From contig CBDANQ010000051.1 in assembly GCA_965197725.1 (NCBI GenBank), positions 15,150 through 79,149 of the forward strand: 64,000 nucleotides of DNA. The letters are read 5' to 3'. Origin of the DNA: Longimicrobiales bacterium. Its GTDB lineage: Bacteria > Gemmatimonadota > Gemmatimonadetes > Longimicrobiales > Gaopeijiaceae. Numbering within the stretch: the stretch's first letter is position 1; each line of letters opens with the position of its first letter. The notes under the pieces are model-generated. The model did not search any database. It saw only the letters and a program-made list of their open reading frames with translations, and had not been told where the DNA came from. Below, piece by piece: positions 11,643 through 22,082 of the stretch. A program made the translations under genes and the position numbers.

Positions 11643-11814
11643 GCACCGGCGGTCTCGCCCGAGTCCGGCCGCGTCTGTCGGCTGCCCAAGCCGGCGCCGG
11701 ACGGCCGCACGAAACTCCTGCTCTCTGCGCTTCAGCTCCTCCACATGATCAGCCGTGGGAACGGTCCACCCGGTTCGTCGATTGGAAGTAAAAGCTCCTT
11801 AACCCAAAGATGCC

Positions 11815-12951
11815 ATGCGTCGGGTCTCTCACGACAGCTTCTTGTTCGCCGTCTCCGTCGCCACCGTCGTCGGGGCATGCTCCGCTCAGGCCGACGCCCT
11901 GGGGCAGGAGAGCTGGAAGACCGATTTCTCGAAGCTCACGGTAGACTTCGCGGAGATCGTCTCTGGCGGGCCGCCGAAGGACGGCATTCCCGCGATCGAC
12001 GATCCGCGTTTCGTGAGCATCGGTGACGCGAACCGCTTCCTCGATGGGAACGAGCCCGTGGCGGTCGTGCGCAGGAACGGAGAGACGAAGGTCTATCCGC
12101 TTCAGATCCTGATCTGGCATGAGATCGTCAACGACTACGTGGGTGGGGACCCCGTGACCGTCACGTTCTGCCCGCTCTGCAACACCACGCTCGCGTTCGA
12201 GCGGCGCTTCGAGGGTCTCCTGCTGGATTTCGGCACCACGGGCCGCCTCCGTTTCTCGGACCTGGTGATGTACGACCGGCAGACCGAGACGTGGTGGCAG
12301 CAGGCGACGGGTGAGGGCATCGTCGGAGAGCACGCGGGCAAGCAGCTCGCTTTCGTGCCGTCTCCCGTCATGCGATGGAGCGATGTGAAGGAGCAGCTCC
12401 CCGCCGCCAAGGTTCTGTCACGCGACACCGGGTTCCCCAGCTACCGCGCGCGGTACGGGATCAACCCGTATCAGGGCTACGACACTCGAAGCGGCCCGAT
12501 GGAGTGGACCTTCAGCGGTGACACACCGCCCCAGCTACCGCGCATGGAACGGATCGTGGCCCTCCACGAAGGTGGGGAGAGCTGGGCGGTTCCGTTCAGC
12601 GCGCTGAAGGAGGAGAAGGTCGTGCAGCTCGAGGTGGGGGGACGGGACGTCGTCGTCTTCTTCACGCCCGAGACGGTGAGCGCGCTGGATGCGAAGCGCA
12701 TTTCGAGCAGCCGGTCGGTCGGCTCCTCCGCGGTTTACGAGCGAGCGGCCAGGGGCCAGACACTGACCTTCGAGCCGACAGGCGACGACGGCGCGTACCG
12801 CGACCGTGAGACGGGCTCGCTGTGGAGCTTCTCCGGGAGGGCCACCAGAGGGGAGCTCGCCGGCACACAGCTCACGGAGGTCCCGCACGGAAACCACTTC
12901 TGGTTCGCCTGGGCGGTGTTCAGGCCCGAGACGAAGGTGTGGAGGCGGTAA
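11815..12951 (+). CDS. DUF3179 domain-containing exported protein
   Basis: SGGPPKDGIPAIDDP, WHEIVND, TFCPLCN, LVMYDRQTETWWQQ, FWFAW; possible lipobox VGAC. Confidence 0.88.
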   Translation: MRRVSHDSFLFAVSVATVVGACSAQADALGQESWKTDFSKLTVDFAEIVSGGPPKDGIPAIDDPRFVSIGDANRFLDGNEPVAVVRRNGETKVYPLQILIWHEIVNDYVGGDPVTVTFCPLCNTTLAFERRFEGLLLDFGTTGRLRFSDLVMYDRQTETWWQQATGEGIVGEHAGKQLAFVPSPVMRWSDVKEQLPAAKVLSRDTGFPSYRARYGINPYQGYDTRSGPMEWTFSGDTPPQLPRMERIVALHEGGESWAVPFSALKEEKVVQLEVGGRDVVVFFTPETVSALDAKRISSSRSVGSSAVYERAARGQTLTFEPTGDDGAYRDRETGSLWSFSGRATRGELAGTQLTEVPHGNHFWFAWAVFRPETKVWRR

Positions 12952-13137
12952 GCGCCGGCCGCTAGCCGACGCTGAGGTCGGTCGCCCATTGGTCCACATA
13001 TGTGAGGTACCCGTGGGGGTCGTCGTTCTGTCCCCTCACCGTCTCCAAGAAGTGCTTAACCCGGCTTGCGAGTCGCTGCCGTGCGGACAAGGTTACACGC
13101 GCCGAAGCAAATCGAGTTCCCCGGTTGAGGGCGGTCC

Positions 13138-13620
13138 TTGGCACTCAAGCAATGTCCCGTCTGCGACCGCACGTTCCAGGAGCATCGGGCGCGCTGCCCC
13201 AACTGTGGTGCCGAGAACAGCCCGGACGCCGTCGCAGACGGAAAGGCCGGCGACGGTCTAGGCGGGTCGAGGGCGCGCTCCCTAGGAGTGCTTCTCCTGT
13301 TGGTTGTGCTCGCGGCGTTGAACGTCTGGCAGGCGAGGACCACCCCGAGCGGTCCGGATCCGGAAGAGGAGGCCCTGCACTCGTCGGAGGAGGCGCTTCA
13401 GAAGTGTCGAACGGCCCTCGAGGCGCAACTCTCGGGGCGGAGCTTCGAGATCGTGAGCCCGTTCGACGTGGAGTACCTTCAGGGAGGGGAGTACGAAGTC
13501 ACGGCAACACTGGATGTCGAGGACGGGGCCCGACGAGGCCGACGAGAGGTCCTGTGCGAACTCCAGTTCACGGCAGGGGCCGGATGGATCACGGAGCAGG
13601 TCCTGATCGATGGGCGCTGA
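13138..13620 (+). CDS. Zinc-ribbon plus TM hypothetical protein
   Basis: CPVC-x10-CPNC at the N-terminus, one TM segment, two further Cys in the C-terminal domain; TTG start. Confidence 0.6.
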   Translation: MALKQCPVCDRTFQEHRARCPNCGAENSPDAVADGKAGDGLGGSRARSLGVLLLLVVLAALNVWQARTTPSGPDPEEEALHSSEEALQKCRTALEAQLSGRSFEIVSPFDVEYLQGGEYEVTATLDVEDGARRGRREVLCELQFTAGAGWITEQVLIDGR

Positions 13621-13631
13621 CGCGCCGTAGG

Positions 13632-14078
13632 CTACTTCCAGCGCATCTCGGGCAGACCCGCGTATCCCTCCGGATACTCGTAGTGGTAATAGTGCGGCGA
13701 CCCCGCATGCGCGATATGCATGTGAACGCGGGCCAGGTCGGGGTTCGCGCCGTCACGTAGGCCGAACTTGAGGAACGAGATGCCCTCGCTGAGGGCGAAG
13801 CCTTCGTTGAAGAGGTCGTCTTCGTCGTCCGGGTACTCGAAGTGCTCGTTGAAGTACCGCTCGATCTCGTCGAAGGCGTTGTGGAGCTCCGCGAGCGCGG
13901 CACTCTCGTAGGCTCGCTCGCGCACGGTATCGAGTCGCACGAGGCCGAAACCCGCGAGGAGCCCGACGATCACCGTCACCATCAAGAGCTCGATAAGGGT
14001 GAACCCGCGGGTCGCACGGCCTTCGACTCCGCGAGCCCTTCCCTTCGGGGAGCCTCCAGATGAGACGTGTCGCTTCAT
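13632..14078 (-). CDS. Type IV pilin-like / pseudopilin protein
   Basis: Prepilin cleavage/methylation motif RG|FTLIELLMVTVIVGLLA with E at +5. Confidence 0.85.
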   Translation of the reverse strand: MKRHVSSGGSPKGRARGVEGRATRGFTLIELLMVTVIVGLLAGFGLVRLDTVRERAYESAALAELHNAFDEIERYFNEHFEYPDDEDDLFNEGFALSEGISFLKFGLRDGANPDLARVHMHIAHAGSPHYYHYEYPEGYAGLPEMRWK

Positions 14079-14336
14079 GGTAGTCAAGTGCTTAACATAA
14101 TGGAGCCCGGCAGCGGCATGCGCTTGAGGAGACGCTATCCGAGGCCGTGTCGGCTGGCAAGAACGAGCGCTCCGCGCGCCAAGAGGGAGGTCCGCCGCCA
14201 AAGAGGATCGCTCCGCCCGCCTGAACCAGACACGGGAGGGGACGCCGTAGCGTCCCGACTTCCCACGAACATATCCCCAAGACTATTGTGGGCGCTCGCG
14301 AATTTCGAGGACCGGACCAGACGTCGAGGAAGAGCG

Positions 14337-15048
14337 ATGAGAGGGAACGCAACGCGAGCGGGGCGGGTGGCTTCGGCCCTCGGGCTCATGCTTCTGTTCG
14401 CTTGCGGCGGCGACACTGGCATAGGTGTGGAAGATGCAGGCGGCATTGTGGGGACCCCGGATCCGTCCAACCCGCTGACGAATCCCGCTGCGTTCGACGA
14501 GCCCGCGCCGGAAGTGTTCCGCGCTCGCTTCGAGACCAGCAAGGGCAACCTCGTCATCGAGGTGCATCGGGATTGGGCCCCGATAGGGGCCGACCGGTTT
14601 TTCAACCTCGTGAAGAACGGCTACTACGACGACGTGCGCTTCTTCAGGGTCCTCGCCGGGTTTGTGGCCCAATTCGGCATGCACGGTGATCCCTTCGTCA
14701 ACCAGGCCTGGGAGAACCATCCGATCCCCGACGACCCGGTCACACGAAGCAATCTCCGATCTCCGGGGCTTCGTGACCTTCGCGACGAGCAGTGCCCCGG
14801 ACTCCAGGACGACACAGGTCTTCATTAACTTCGTCGACAACTCCCACCTGGACGACGCGGGATTCGCCCCCTTCGGGCAGGTCGAGGAGGGGATGGACGT
14901 CGTCGATCAGCTCTTTTCGGGCTACGGAGACACTCCGGTTCAGCAGAACATCGCGACCCAGGGCAACGCGTACCTGACGAAGGACTTCCCTAACCTCGAC
15001 CACGTGGAACGAGCCAGCATCGTCTTGCCCGCCATGGGGGGCCTATAA
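14337..15048 (+). pseudogene. Cyclophilin-type peptidyl-prolyl isomerase lipoprotein, frameshifted by a 7-bp duplication
   Basis: Lipobox LFAC; FETSKG, WAPIGADRF, RFFRV, FVAQFG, then RTTQVFIN, GFAPFG in another frame; ATCTCCG repeated at 14752-14758 and 14759-14765. Confidence 0.85.
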
Positions 15049-15121
15049 CGAGCCATCCCTGAGAGGCCTCATCCCCGTACTCAACCTATCGGATGACCGC
15101 TAAACTCCGCTCCCCCGCCCC

Positions 15122-15245
15122 CAAGGAGACGGCATTTCCATCGCCATCCACGACCGAGTGGTGCGTGGTCTCGGGGCTCTCGATCGGGGGTGGCTCGCCC
15201 GTACCGGGAGTGATCTCACTTGTGGCAGCCGCCTGATCCAACAAG
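15122..15245 (-). pseudogene. Gamma-glutamyltransferase remnant (autocleavage-site region only)
   Basis: Translation ESPETTHHSVVDGDGNAVS matches the GGT small-subunit N-terminus TTHxSVVDxxGNAVS. Confidence 0.7.
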
Positions 15246-15271
15246 GCGGGACCGCTACGGGTCAATTGGGC

Positions 15272-17618
15272 ATGATGAACCCCCGCGAGTCGTCTGTGCC
15301 CTGGACCGCGGTCGTTGCCCTGTTCGCGGCAACGGTGATACCCACGTGCACCCGCGGGCTGGTTGCCCAGACGCTGACCGGCACGGGGAGCGAACAGCTC
15401 CAGGTCGAAGGCCCCACCCCACCCCGGGCGCCCGAGGTCATCAACCGCGACAGCCTGGGCAACGCCACGGTCCGGGCGATTCGGCTGACTCAGCCATTCC
15501 ACCTCGATGGCGAACTGGACGAACCTTTCTACGAGGCGACCCCCTCGTTCTCGGATTTCATCCAGAGCGTACCGGATGAGGGAGCGCCCGCGACCGAGCG
15601 CACGGAGGCATGGATTTGGTTCGACGACGAAAACGTGTATGTGTCCGCGCGCGTGTGGGACTCCGCGCCCGAGAGCGAGTGGGTGGCGAACGAATTGCGG
15701 CGCGACGGCGCTCAGGTCCGGTCGAACGACCACTTCGGCGTGATCTTCGACACCTTTTACGATCGTCGCAACGGGGTGTTTTTCTACACCAATCCCCTCG
15801 GTGCGCTGACCGACCTCGCGATCGCGAACGAGCGAGATGCGAACCGCGACTGGAACCCGGTCTGGGACGTGAGAACAGGTCGCTTCGAGGGCGGATGGAC
15901 AGTGGAGATGCGGATCCCCTTCAAGTCGCTCCGGTACCGACCCGGCCTTCAGCAGGTATGGGGCGTGCAAATGAGACGGAACGTCGCTCGCAAGAACGAG
16001 ACGAGCCATCTCACGTTCATCCCCAGGTCGGTGGCCAGCGGAGCTATGCGGATCTCGATGGGGGGCACGCTGGTCGGGCTAAGAGGCGCCGCGCACGAGC
16101 CGGGTGTTCGAAGTCAAGCCGTATGGCATTTCCGGTCTCGACACCAACCTCACGGCCGATCCCCCAGTCCGGAACCATCTCGACGCTGACGCGGGGGTGG
16201 ACCTCAAGATCGGCATCACCAACAATCTGACGGCAGATTTCACGCTCAACACCGAGTTCGCACAGGTCGAGGCGGACGAGCAGCAGGTCAACCTCACGCG
16301 GTTCAGCCTCTTCTTCCCCGAGAAGAGGGAGTTCTTTCTCGAAGGGCGAGGAATCTTCGGCTTCGCGGAACCCGCCACCGGCGGTGGCCGTCGCCGAGGC
16401 CGAGGCCGAGGCACCCCAGCCGCCGGAGTGAGCGCGCCCACGCTTTTCTTCAGCCGGCAAATCGGCTTCCAGGCAGGAGAGCCGGTGCCGATCCTCGGCG
16501 GCGGTCGAGTGACCGGGAAGGTGGGGTCCTTCGATGTCGGCGCGATGAGCATCCAAACGGACGACCTCCCAAGCACAGGCGCCGAATCCACGAATTTCTC
16601 GGTGCTACGGCTCCGTCGGGACATCCTCCGGAGGAGCAGCATCGGGGTCGTGTTGGAGAACCGATCGGAATCCACGCTCGCGCCGGGATCCAATCAGGTG
16701 TACGGAGTGGACGCCACGTTCTCGTTCTTCGACAACGTGAACTTGCTCACGTACTACGCCAAGACGGAAACCGAGGGGCTGACGGGCCCGGACCAGAGCT
16801 ACCGGGGCCGCTTCAGCTACGGCGGGGACGTATGGGGGCTTCAGGTCGATCATCTTCTGGTAGGAGAGGACTTCAACCCGGAGCTCGGCTTCGTGCCGCG
16901 GAAGGGATTCCGACAGAGCTTCCTCTCCGGTCGGTACAGCCCGCGGCCGGCATCCATTGAGTGGATCCGACAGGTGACCCTCCAGGCGCACATCAACTAC
17001 GTGGAGAACGCCGAGGCGGGGTTCGTCGAGACCCGGGAGCGACAGGGAAGTTTCCGAACCGAATTCGAGAACAGCGACTTGTTCAACGCGGATTTCACCG
17101 ACAGCTACGAGAACCTGACCGAGCCCTTCTCGATCGCGTCCGGCGTGACGATCCCCGTGGGCCGATACACCTTCCGTGACGTGCACCTGAGGTACGACTT
17201 CGGTGTCCAGCGCCCGTACTCGGGGAATCTCTCGGTGCGAAGAGGCAGCTTCTTCGGGGGCAACCGAACCTCGGTTGGGTTTCAGCAGGCCAGGATCGAA
17301 ATCCTGCCTCAACTCTCCGTCGAGCCGAACGTCTCGTTCAACTGGGTCAACCTGCCCCAGGGCGACTTTACTCAGCATGTCGTCGCGACGCGCGTCAGCT
17401 ACAGCTTCTCGCCCCGCGTGTTTCTGAGCGGACTTATCCAGTACAGTACCAGTAGCGACAGCTTCAGCTCGAATCTGCGCCTGCGCTGGGAGTACGCCCC
17501 CGGCAGCGAGATCTTCGTCGTGTACACGGAAGAGCGCGATACGGACGTGTTCGACCGGTTCTCCGAGCTGTCCAACCGGGGGCTCGTGATCAAGGTGAAC
17601 CGATTATTCCGCCTCTGA
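15272..17618 (+). CDS. CBM9-like / DUF5916 outer-membrane protein; +1 frameshift near 16081
   Basis: LDGELDE, DTFYDRRNG, WTVEMRIPFKSLRY, then FAQVEAD, FFPEKREFFLEG, LFFSRQIG and a beta-barrel-like end KVNRLFRL. CTAAGAG read as CTAGAG restores the frame. Confidence 0.82.
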
Positions 17619-17838
17619 CGAAGAGCGCGCGGGAGACACGGTGATCCGCTGCCACGCAGGCGGGGGCGACGCAAGACGTTTCTGAGCGCCCAAGCTGCGG
17701 TGGTGCGAACCATTTCCCGAAGCACCCCGAACGAGCGGTTTATCGAGCGTGTGACCCCGATCGGTGCGCTGCGACCAGCTCGACCGCCTCGTCGCGGGCT
17801 GGGCGGGGACGACGGTCGCGTCGTGAGGAGCCTGGAGT

Positions 17839-17861
17839 CCCCGGGGATTAGCTCCCCGGGG
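17839..17861. repeat. Perfect GC-rich hairpin (REP-like element or bidirectional terminator)
   Basis: CCCCGGGGA-TTAGC-TCCCCGGGG between convergent genes. Confidence 0.5.
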
Positions 17862-17896
17862 TGGCTTCATCTGGTTCTACCGAGCCCCGACAGCGG

Positions 17897-18682
17897 CTAC
17901 CGCGAGAAGACAGACATGTCCAGCTCGGGGTTGAACTCGAAGTCGTGCGTGTAGAGCACCTTGGTCAGCATGCCGTCGACGTTGAAGTGCACCCGGCGGC
18001 CGACGAAGATGTAGCCGTCGACGGTGCGGATGTCCTCGAAGCGGAGGTGACTGAAGTTCGTCCGGCCCTCCTCGCGGTACGCGAGCTCGACCGGCCACGT
18101 CGTGCCGTCCTCGAACCAGTAACGCCACGTGTCGCCGTCGTGGAGCCCGACGCCCTCCCCGAAGGTCACGGATACGAGATGGCGCCCGTCTTCCTGGACG
18201 CCCTGGTCGTGCAGGTTCACTCCGGGATCGCGGAGCTTGAACGGAAGGCTGATCCAGTAGTTGACGTCGCCCGAGACGTACTGAACCTGATCGTAGTCCA
18301 TGTCCCCCCCGGACAGAAACTCGCCGTTCATCGTGGCCCACGCGGTCGTCCCGTCCCAACCCTGGACGATGAAGTCGTTTCCTTCCCAGCGCTCGATGCG
18401 CGTGAGCTCACCGGCGTCGGTCCGCGCGATTGTTACATACCGCGGCCGTGTACGTCGGAGACGTCCACTCTCGGTGTCGTAGATCTCGGTCGTCAGTGCG
18501 TAGCGCGCGCTCTTGAGCGGCCCATACGCCTCGAGCCCTCCAAGCGCGGCGATCCAGTTGTCGACCAGCGAGTCGGCGTTCGCTTCGTCGAGCTCGGGCG
18601 CGGCCGCAGCCGGCGGCGGAGTTGGCAGCGACGTCCAAGCTACGACGGTCAACGCCAGTATGACGAAAACGGTCCGCTTCAT
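17897..18682 (-). CDS. Exported hypothetical protein (LolA/outer-membrane sorting-like fold possible)
   Basis: Signal peptide; IAALGGLEAY, GWDGTTAW, YWISLPFKLRDPGV. Confidence 0.7.
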   Translation of the reverse strand: MKRTVFVILALTVVAWTSLPTPPPAAAAPELDEANADSLVDNWIAALGGLEAYGPLKSARYALTTEIYDTESGRLRRTRPRYVTIARTDAGELTRIERWEGNDFIVQGWDGTTAWATMNGEFLSGGDMDYDQVQYVSGDVNYWISLPFKLRDPGVNLHDQGVQEDGRHLVSVTFGEGVGLHDGDTWRYWFEDGTTWPVELAYREEGRTNFSHLRFEDIRTVDGYIFVGRRVHFNVDGMLTKVLYTHDFEFNPELDMSVFSR

Positions 18683-19282
18683 CGTGGGCCCCCTGGGATT
18701 CGGTACTCAGACTATCAGACTCCAGGGATACGTCTTCTTGCTCCTTCGCGCTACTCCGCATTGTCAGCGGGTCCCGCTCAGGCGCGCGGTGACCTTGTCG
18801 GACGAGCGGCCCGACAGCTCGACGCGATCCGCCGGCCGCCGGACATGTGGCGTGGCATCCTCTTGGGAGGGAAGCGCGATCCTCGCGTACGGAGGGTTGG
18901 GCGTCGATCTCGACGTCGCGGTCGGCGTCTCGATCCTCCAGCACTGTTGAAGGGCTCGAGAGGGAAGTCGACGTCGAGTATCATGCGCATAGTGGATCGC
19001 TCCGGTTCGACGGTTCGTGGGGCGCGCAGAGTAGGGTCCGGCGCCGTCTGCGGCCAGCGAGGCCGACGATGCGACCCATCCCTCTGGTGATTCGCCCCCA
19101 GATGAGAACCGATGCAGCGAACGGGCAAGAACGGGTACCTGACGTCCTTGCCAACAGCCTGAAGGTCGCGGCTCCTGAGCCAGGGAGTGGCGTTGTGGCA
19201 TGCCTTTCCGAATCCCGGCGCCTCGGGATACGTTGCACGGCTGCTTTCATTTGCTCCTTCCCTCTGCTCCACGGCAATGCCC

Positions 19283-20887
19283 ATGAACCAGTGTCCGCGT
19301 CCTGCGATTCGTCGCTGGCTCCGAACCCTCTCGTTCACCGTGCCGTTACTCGCCGCTGCTTTCCCCGGGCGCTCGTTCGCCCAGACCTTCCGTACGGACG
19401 ATCCGGTCATCCGGCGAATATGGGATCTGGGGATGAACGCTTCGCAGACGGAAGAACTGGCGCACCGCTTGATCGACTCCATCGGCCCTCGTCTGGCTGG
19501 ATCTCCGGAGCTGTTAGCCGCTCAGGACTGGCTGATGTCGACATACCAGTCCTGGGGCGTCGAGGCCCGCAAGGAGGAATACGGGGAGTGGCGCGGATGG
19601 CGGCAGGGCACGCTGCACGTCGATCTGGTGGCACCCCGCGTTCAGACGCTGGACGCGGAGATGCTGGCCTGGAGTCCGGCCACGAACGGCCCGGTCGACG
19701 GCACGGTGGTTATGCCCCCGATGGGCCTGACCCCGGCGAATCTGCCCGCGTGGCTGGAGAGCGTGCGGGGACGGTTCGTGATGATCTCCGCGCCCGAGCC
19801 GATGTGCCGGGCGCCACAGGAGCTAACGGCCAACGCGCGCCCCGAGACCGTCGCTGGCATAGGGACGCAGCGCGCGGAGCTACGGCGGTCCTGGGCTCAG
19901 AGAGTGGGCCCTCTCGGGCCCACGCAGGACGATCGCGAGATCCTGCTGGACGAGGCAGGCGCGGCGGGGATCCTCTCCTCACGCTGGTCCAACGGCTGGG
20001 GGGTGAACAAGGTGTTTGACACGGCGGCCCGGCGCGCGGTCTCTCTCGACCTCTCCTGCGAGGACTATGGCCTCCTGTATCGCATGGCCATCCGGGGGCA
20101 GGAGCCTGTCATCCGCGTCGACGCGGATTCAGAGGAGCTGGGGATGAACCCCCTCTTCAACGTGATCGCCGAGCTCCCAGGCACCGAGCTGCCGGACGAG
20201 TATGTGTTGCTCTCCGCGCACCTCGATTCCTGGCACGCAGCGACCGGCGCGACCGACAACGGAACGGGCTCGATCATGATGCTAGAGGCCATGCGGATCC
20301 TCAAGGACGCGTATCCGAACCCCCGCCGCACCATCCTGGTTGGCCACTGGGGCCCCGAGGAAGTAGGCCTGACGGGGTCCCGATCGTTCACGGAGGACCA
20401 CCCGGAGGTGCTCGAAGGGCTCCAGGTGATGTTCAATCAGGACAACGGGACGTGGCGCGTCGAACGCATCGAGGGGCAGGGGTACCTCCATTCGGGCCAG
20501 AGCATCGGCCGCTGGATCACGCAGGTGCCGCCCGAGATCAGCGACCACATTACGCTCGAGTTCCCCGGAGCCCAGAACAACTCGGGCAGCGACCACACGT
20601 CGTTTGTGTGCCACGGCGTGCCGGCGTTCCGGTTCCAGTCGGCGTATGACGAGTACCGGCAATATACGTGGCATACCAACCGTGACACCTACGACAAGAT
20701 CGTCTTCGACGACCTGAAGGAGAACGCAACGCTGGCCGCGATGATGACCTACGCCGCGTCGGAGGATTCTGAGCGGGTGTCGAGGGAGGTCAGTGTTCTG
20801 CCGCCGAATCCGCGGACCGGTCAGCCCCGTGCGTGGCCCACGTGCCGGCCGGCCCGACGGAGTTCAACGCCGAGCCTGCGACGGTGA
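19283..20887 (+). CDS. M28-family metallopeptidase (carboxypeptidase Q-like), exported
   Basis: DSIGPRLAGS, SAHLDSW, GATDNGTG, WGPEEVGL, NQDNG, WHTNRDT. Start could be 19277 or 19283. Confidence 0.88.
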   Translation: MNQCPRPAIRRWLRTLSFTVPLLAAAFPGRSFAQTFRTDDPVIRRIWDLGMNASQTEELAHRLIDSIGPRLAGSPELLAAQDWLMSTYQSWGVEARKEEYGEWRGWRQGTLHVDLVAPRVQTLDAEMLAWSPATNGPVDGTVVMPPMGLTPANLPAWLESVRGRFVMISAPEPMCRAPQELTANARPETVAGIGTQRAELRRSWAQRVGPLGPTQDDREILLDEAGAAGILSSRWSNGWGVNKVFDTAARRAVSLDLSCEDYGLLYRMAIRGQEPVIRVDADSEELGMNPLFNVIAELPGTELPDEYVLLSAHLDSWHAATGATDNGTGSIMMLEAMRILKDAYPNPRRTILVGHWGPEEVGLTGSRSFTEDHPEVLEGLQVMFNQDNGTWRVERIEGQGYLHSGQSIGRWITQVPPEISDHITLEFPGAQNNSGSDHTSFVCHGVPAFRFQSAYDEYRQYTWHTNRDTYDKIVFDDLKENATLAAMMTYAASEDSERVSREVSVLPPNPRTGQPRAWPTCRPARRSSTPSLRR

Positions 20888-21086
20888 AGACGGACGAACG
20901 GTAGCGATCGCGGACTACGTACGTCCAGCCTCGGCTTCGCACTCGGGGCTGCCGCCCAAGTTGGAAGCGGCACCAGCCGCGGCGGATTGAGGCGCGCCCG
21001 CCGTCGCCCTATCTTCCGGCCCCACGGGAGGGGTGTACCGACCCGGTCACCCCCCGTGAACGTGCTCGAAGCCCTCCGAGGAGGCA

Positions 21087-22082
21087 TTGTTGACTCCAGA
21101 TTCCGGCACCCCGCTGCGCGTGCTCTTCATCGAGGACGCATTCGACCATGCCCTCCTGGTGAAGGCGTTTCTGTCGGGGGCGGGCGGGTACGAGGTCACC
21201 CACTCCCAAGACGGCGACCAAGCAGTCCGGTTGATCCAAGATCAGGAATGGGATCTGGTGGTCACGGACCTGAACCTCCCAGGTACGGACGGCTTCGAGG
21301 TCATTCGCGTGGCGCGCGCCAAGGACCCCGATCTCCCGATCCTCGCGACCACGGGCTATACCGAGCAGGTCTACCACGATCGGGCTATGAGCGCGGGCGC
21401 CGCGAAGGTGCTCACGAAGCCGCTCGACAGGGACGGATTCCTCGAGGCCGTGAGCGGCCTCCTGGGAGCGGACGTCGAGCCAAGCCCAACGAGCGGCGCG
21501 ATCTTGGCCGTGGGGGGTCTCGCGGGCGATGTCGAGATGGGGTGTGGCGGCACGCTCATGCAGGCCGCCGCCGAAGGCCACACCGTCGTGGTAGTGCCCT
21601 TGTGCCGTGACGAGATGGACCCCGCCGACGCCGCACTGGAGGCCTCCAAGGCCGCATGCCGCGTGCTGGGGATTCATATCGTGGTTGACGAAGCGGCGCT
21701 CGACGACACGAAGCGTCGCGTCACCGTCATGCGAAAGGCTGTAGCGGATTTGCGGCCGGGCGTGGTTTACGTCCCGTCGATGGACGACAGCCACCCGGCC
21801 CGCATGGACGCGTTCCGGGTCGCAACGGGCGCCACCGCCGATGTGGCGACCGTGCTCGCCTATCAAACCGCGACGACCCGAATGGAGTACCACCCCAAGC
21901 ACTTCATCGACGTCACCGACCAGATGGCCACCAAGTTGGAGGCACTCTCGCACTTCCAGTCAGCGAGCAGGGGTAGGGTGGACCTGCGCCCGGAGATCGC
22001 GCGCGCCTATGCGCACTACTGGGGTCGGCACAGGCGCTTCAGGCAGGTCGAGGCGTTCGAGGTGATCCAGGGGAGTGTCTAG
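21087..22082 (+). CDS. Response-regulator receiver domain fused to a degenerate PIG-L/LmbE deacetylase domain
   Basis: REC motifs IED, VTDLNLPGTDG, TTG, TKP. PIG-L-like GDVEMGCGGTL, LRPGVVY, FIDVTD, KLEALSHFQS, EAFEV. RBS GAGGAGG before TTG. Confidence 0.8.
   Translation: MLTPDSGTPLRVLFIEDAFDHALLVKAFLSGAGGYEVTHSQDGDQAVRLIQDQEWDLVVTDLNLPGTDGFEVIRVARAKDPDLPILATTGYTEQVYHDRAMSAGAAKVLTKPLDRDGFLEAVSGLLGADVEPSPTSGAILAVGGLAGDVEMGCGGTLMQAAAEGHTVVVVPLCRDEMDPADAALEASKAACRVLGIHIVVDEAALDDTKRRVTVMRKAVADLRPGVVYVPSMDDSHPARMDAFRVATGATADVATVLAYQTATTRMEYHPKHFIDVTDQMATKLEALSHFQSASRGRVDLRPEIARAYAHYWGRHRRFRQVEAFEVIQGSV

Noticed and set aside
11815..12951. Possible selenoprotein (DUF3179 includes Sec-containing members)
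   Set aside because: The motif is CPLC with ordinary Cys codons and there is no in-frame TGA.
16394..16411. (CCGAGG)3 repeat in the DUF5916 gene as a phase-variation tract
   Set aside because: The 6-bp unit keeps the frame and encodes a low-complexity RG loop.
18690..19270. Possible gene remnants in this intergenic stretch
   Set aside because: It looks coding-like in places, but no family motif could be recognised with confidence.
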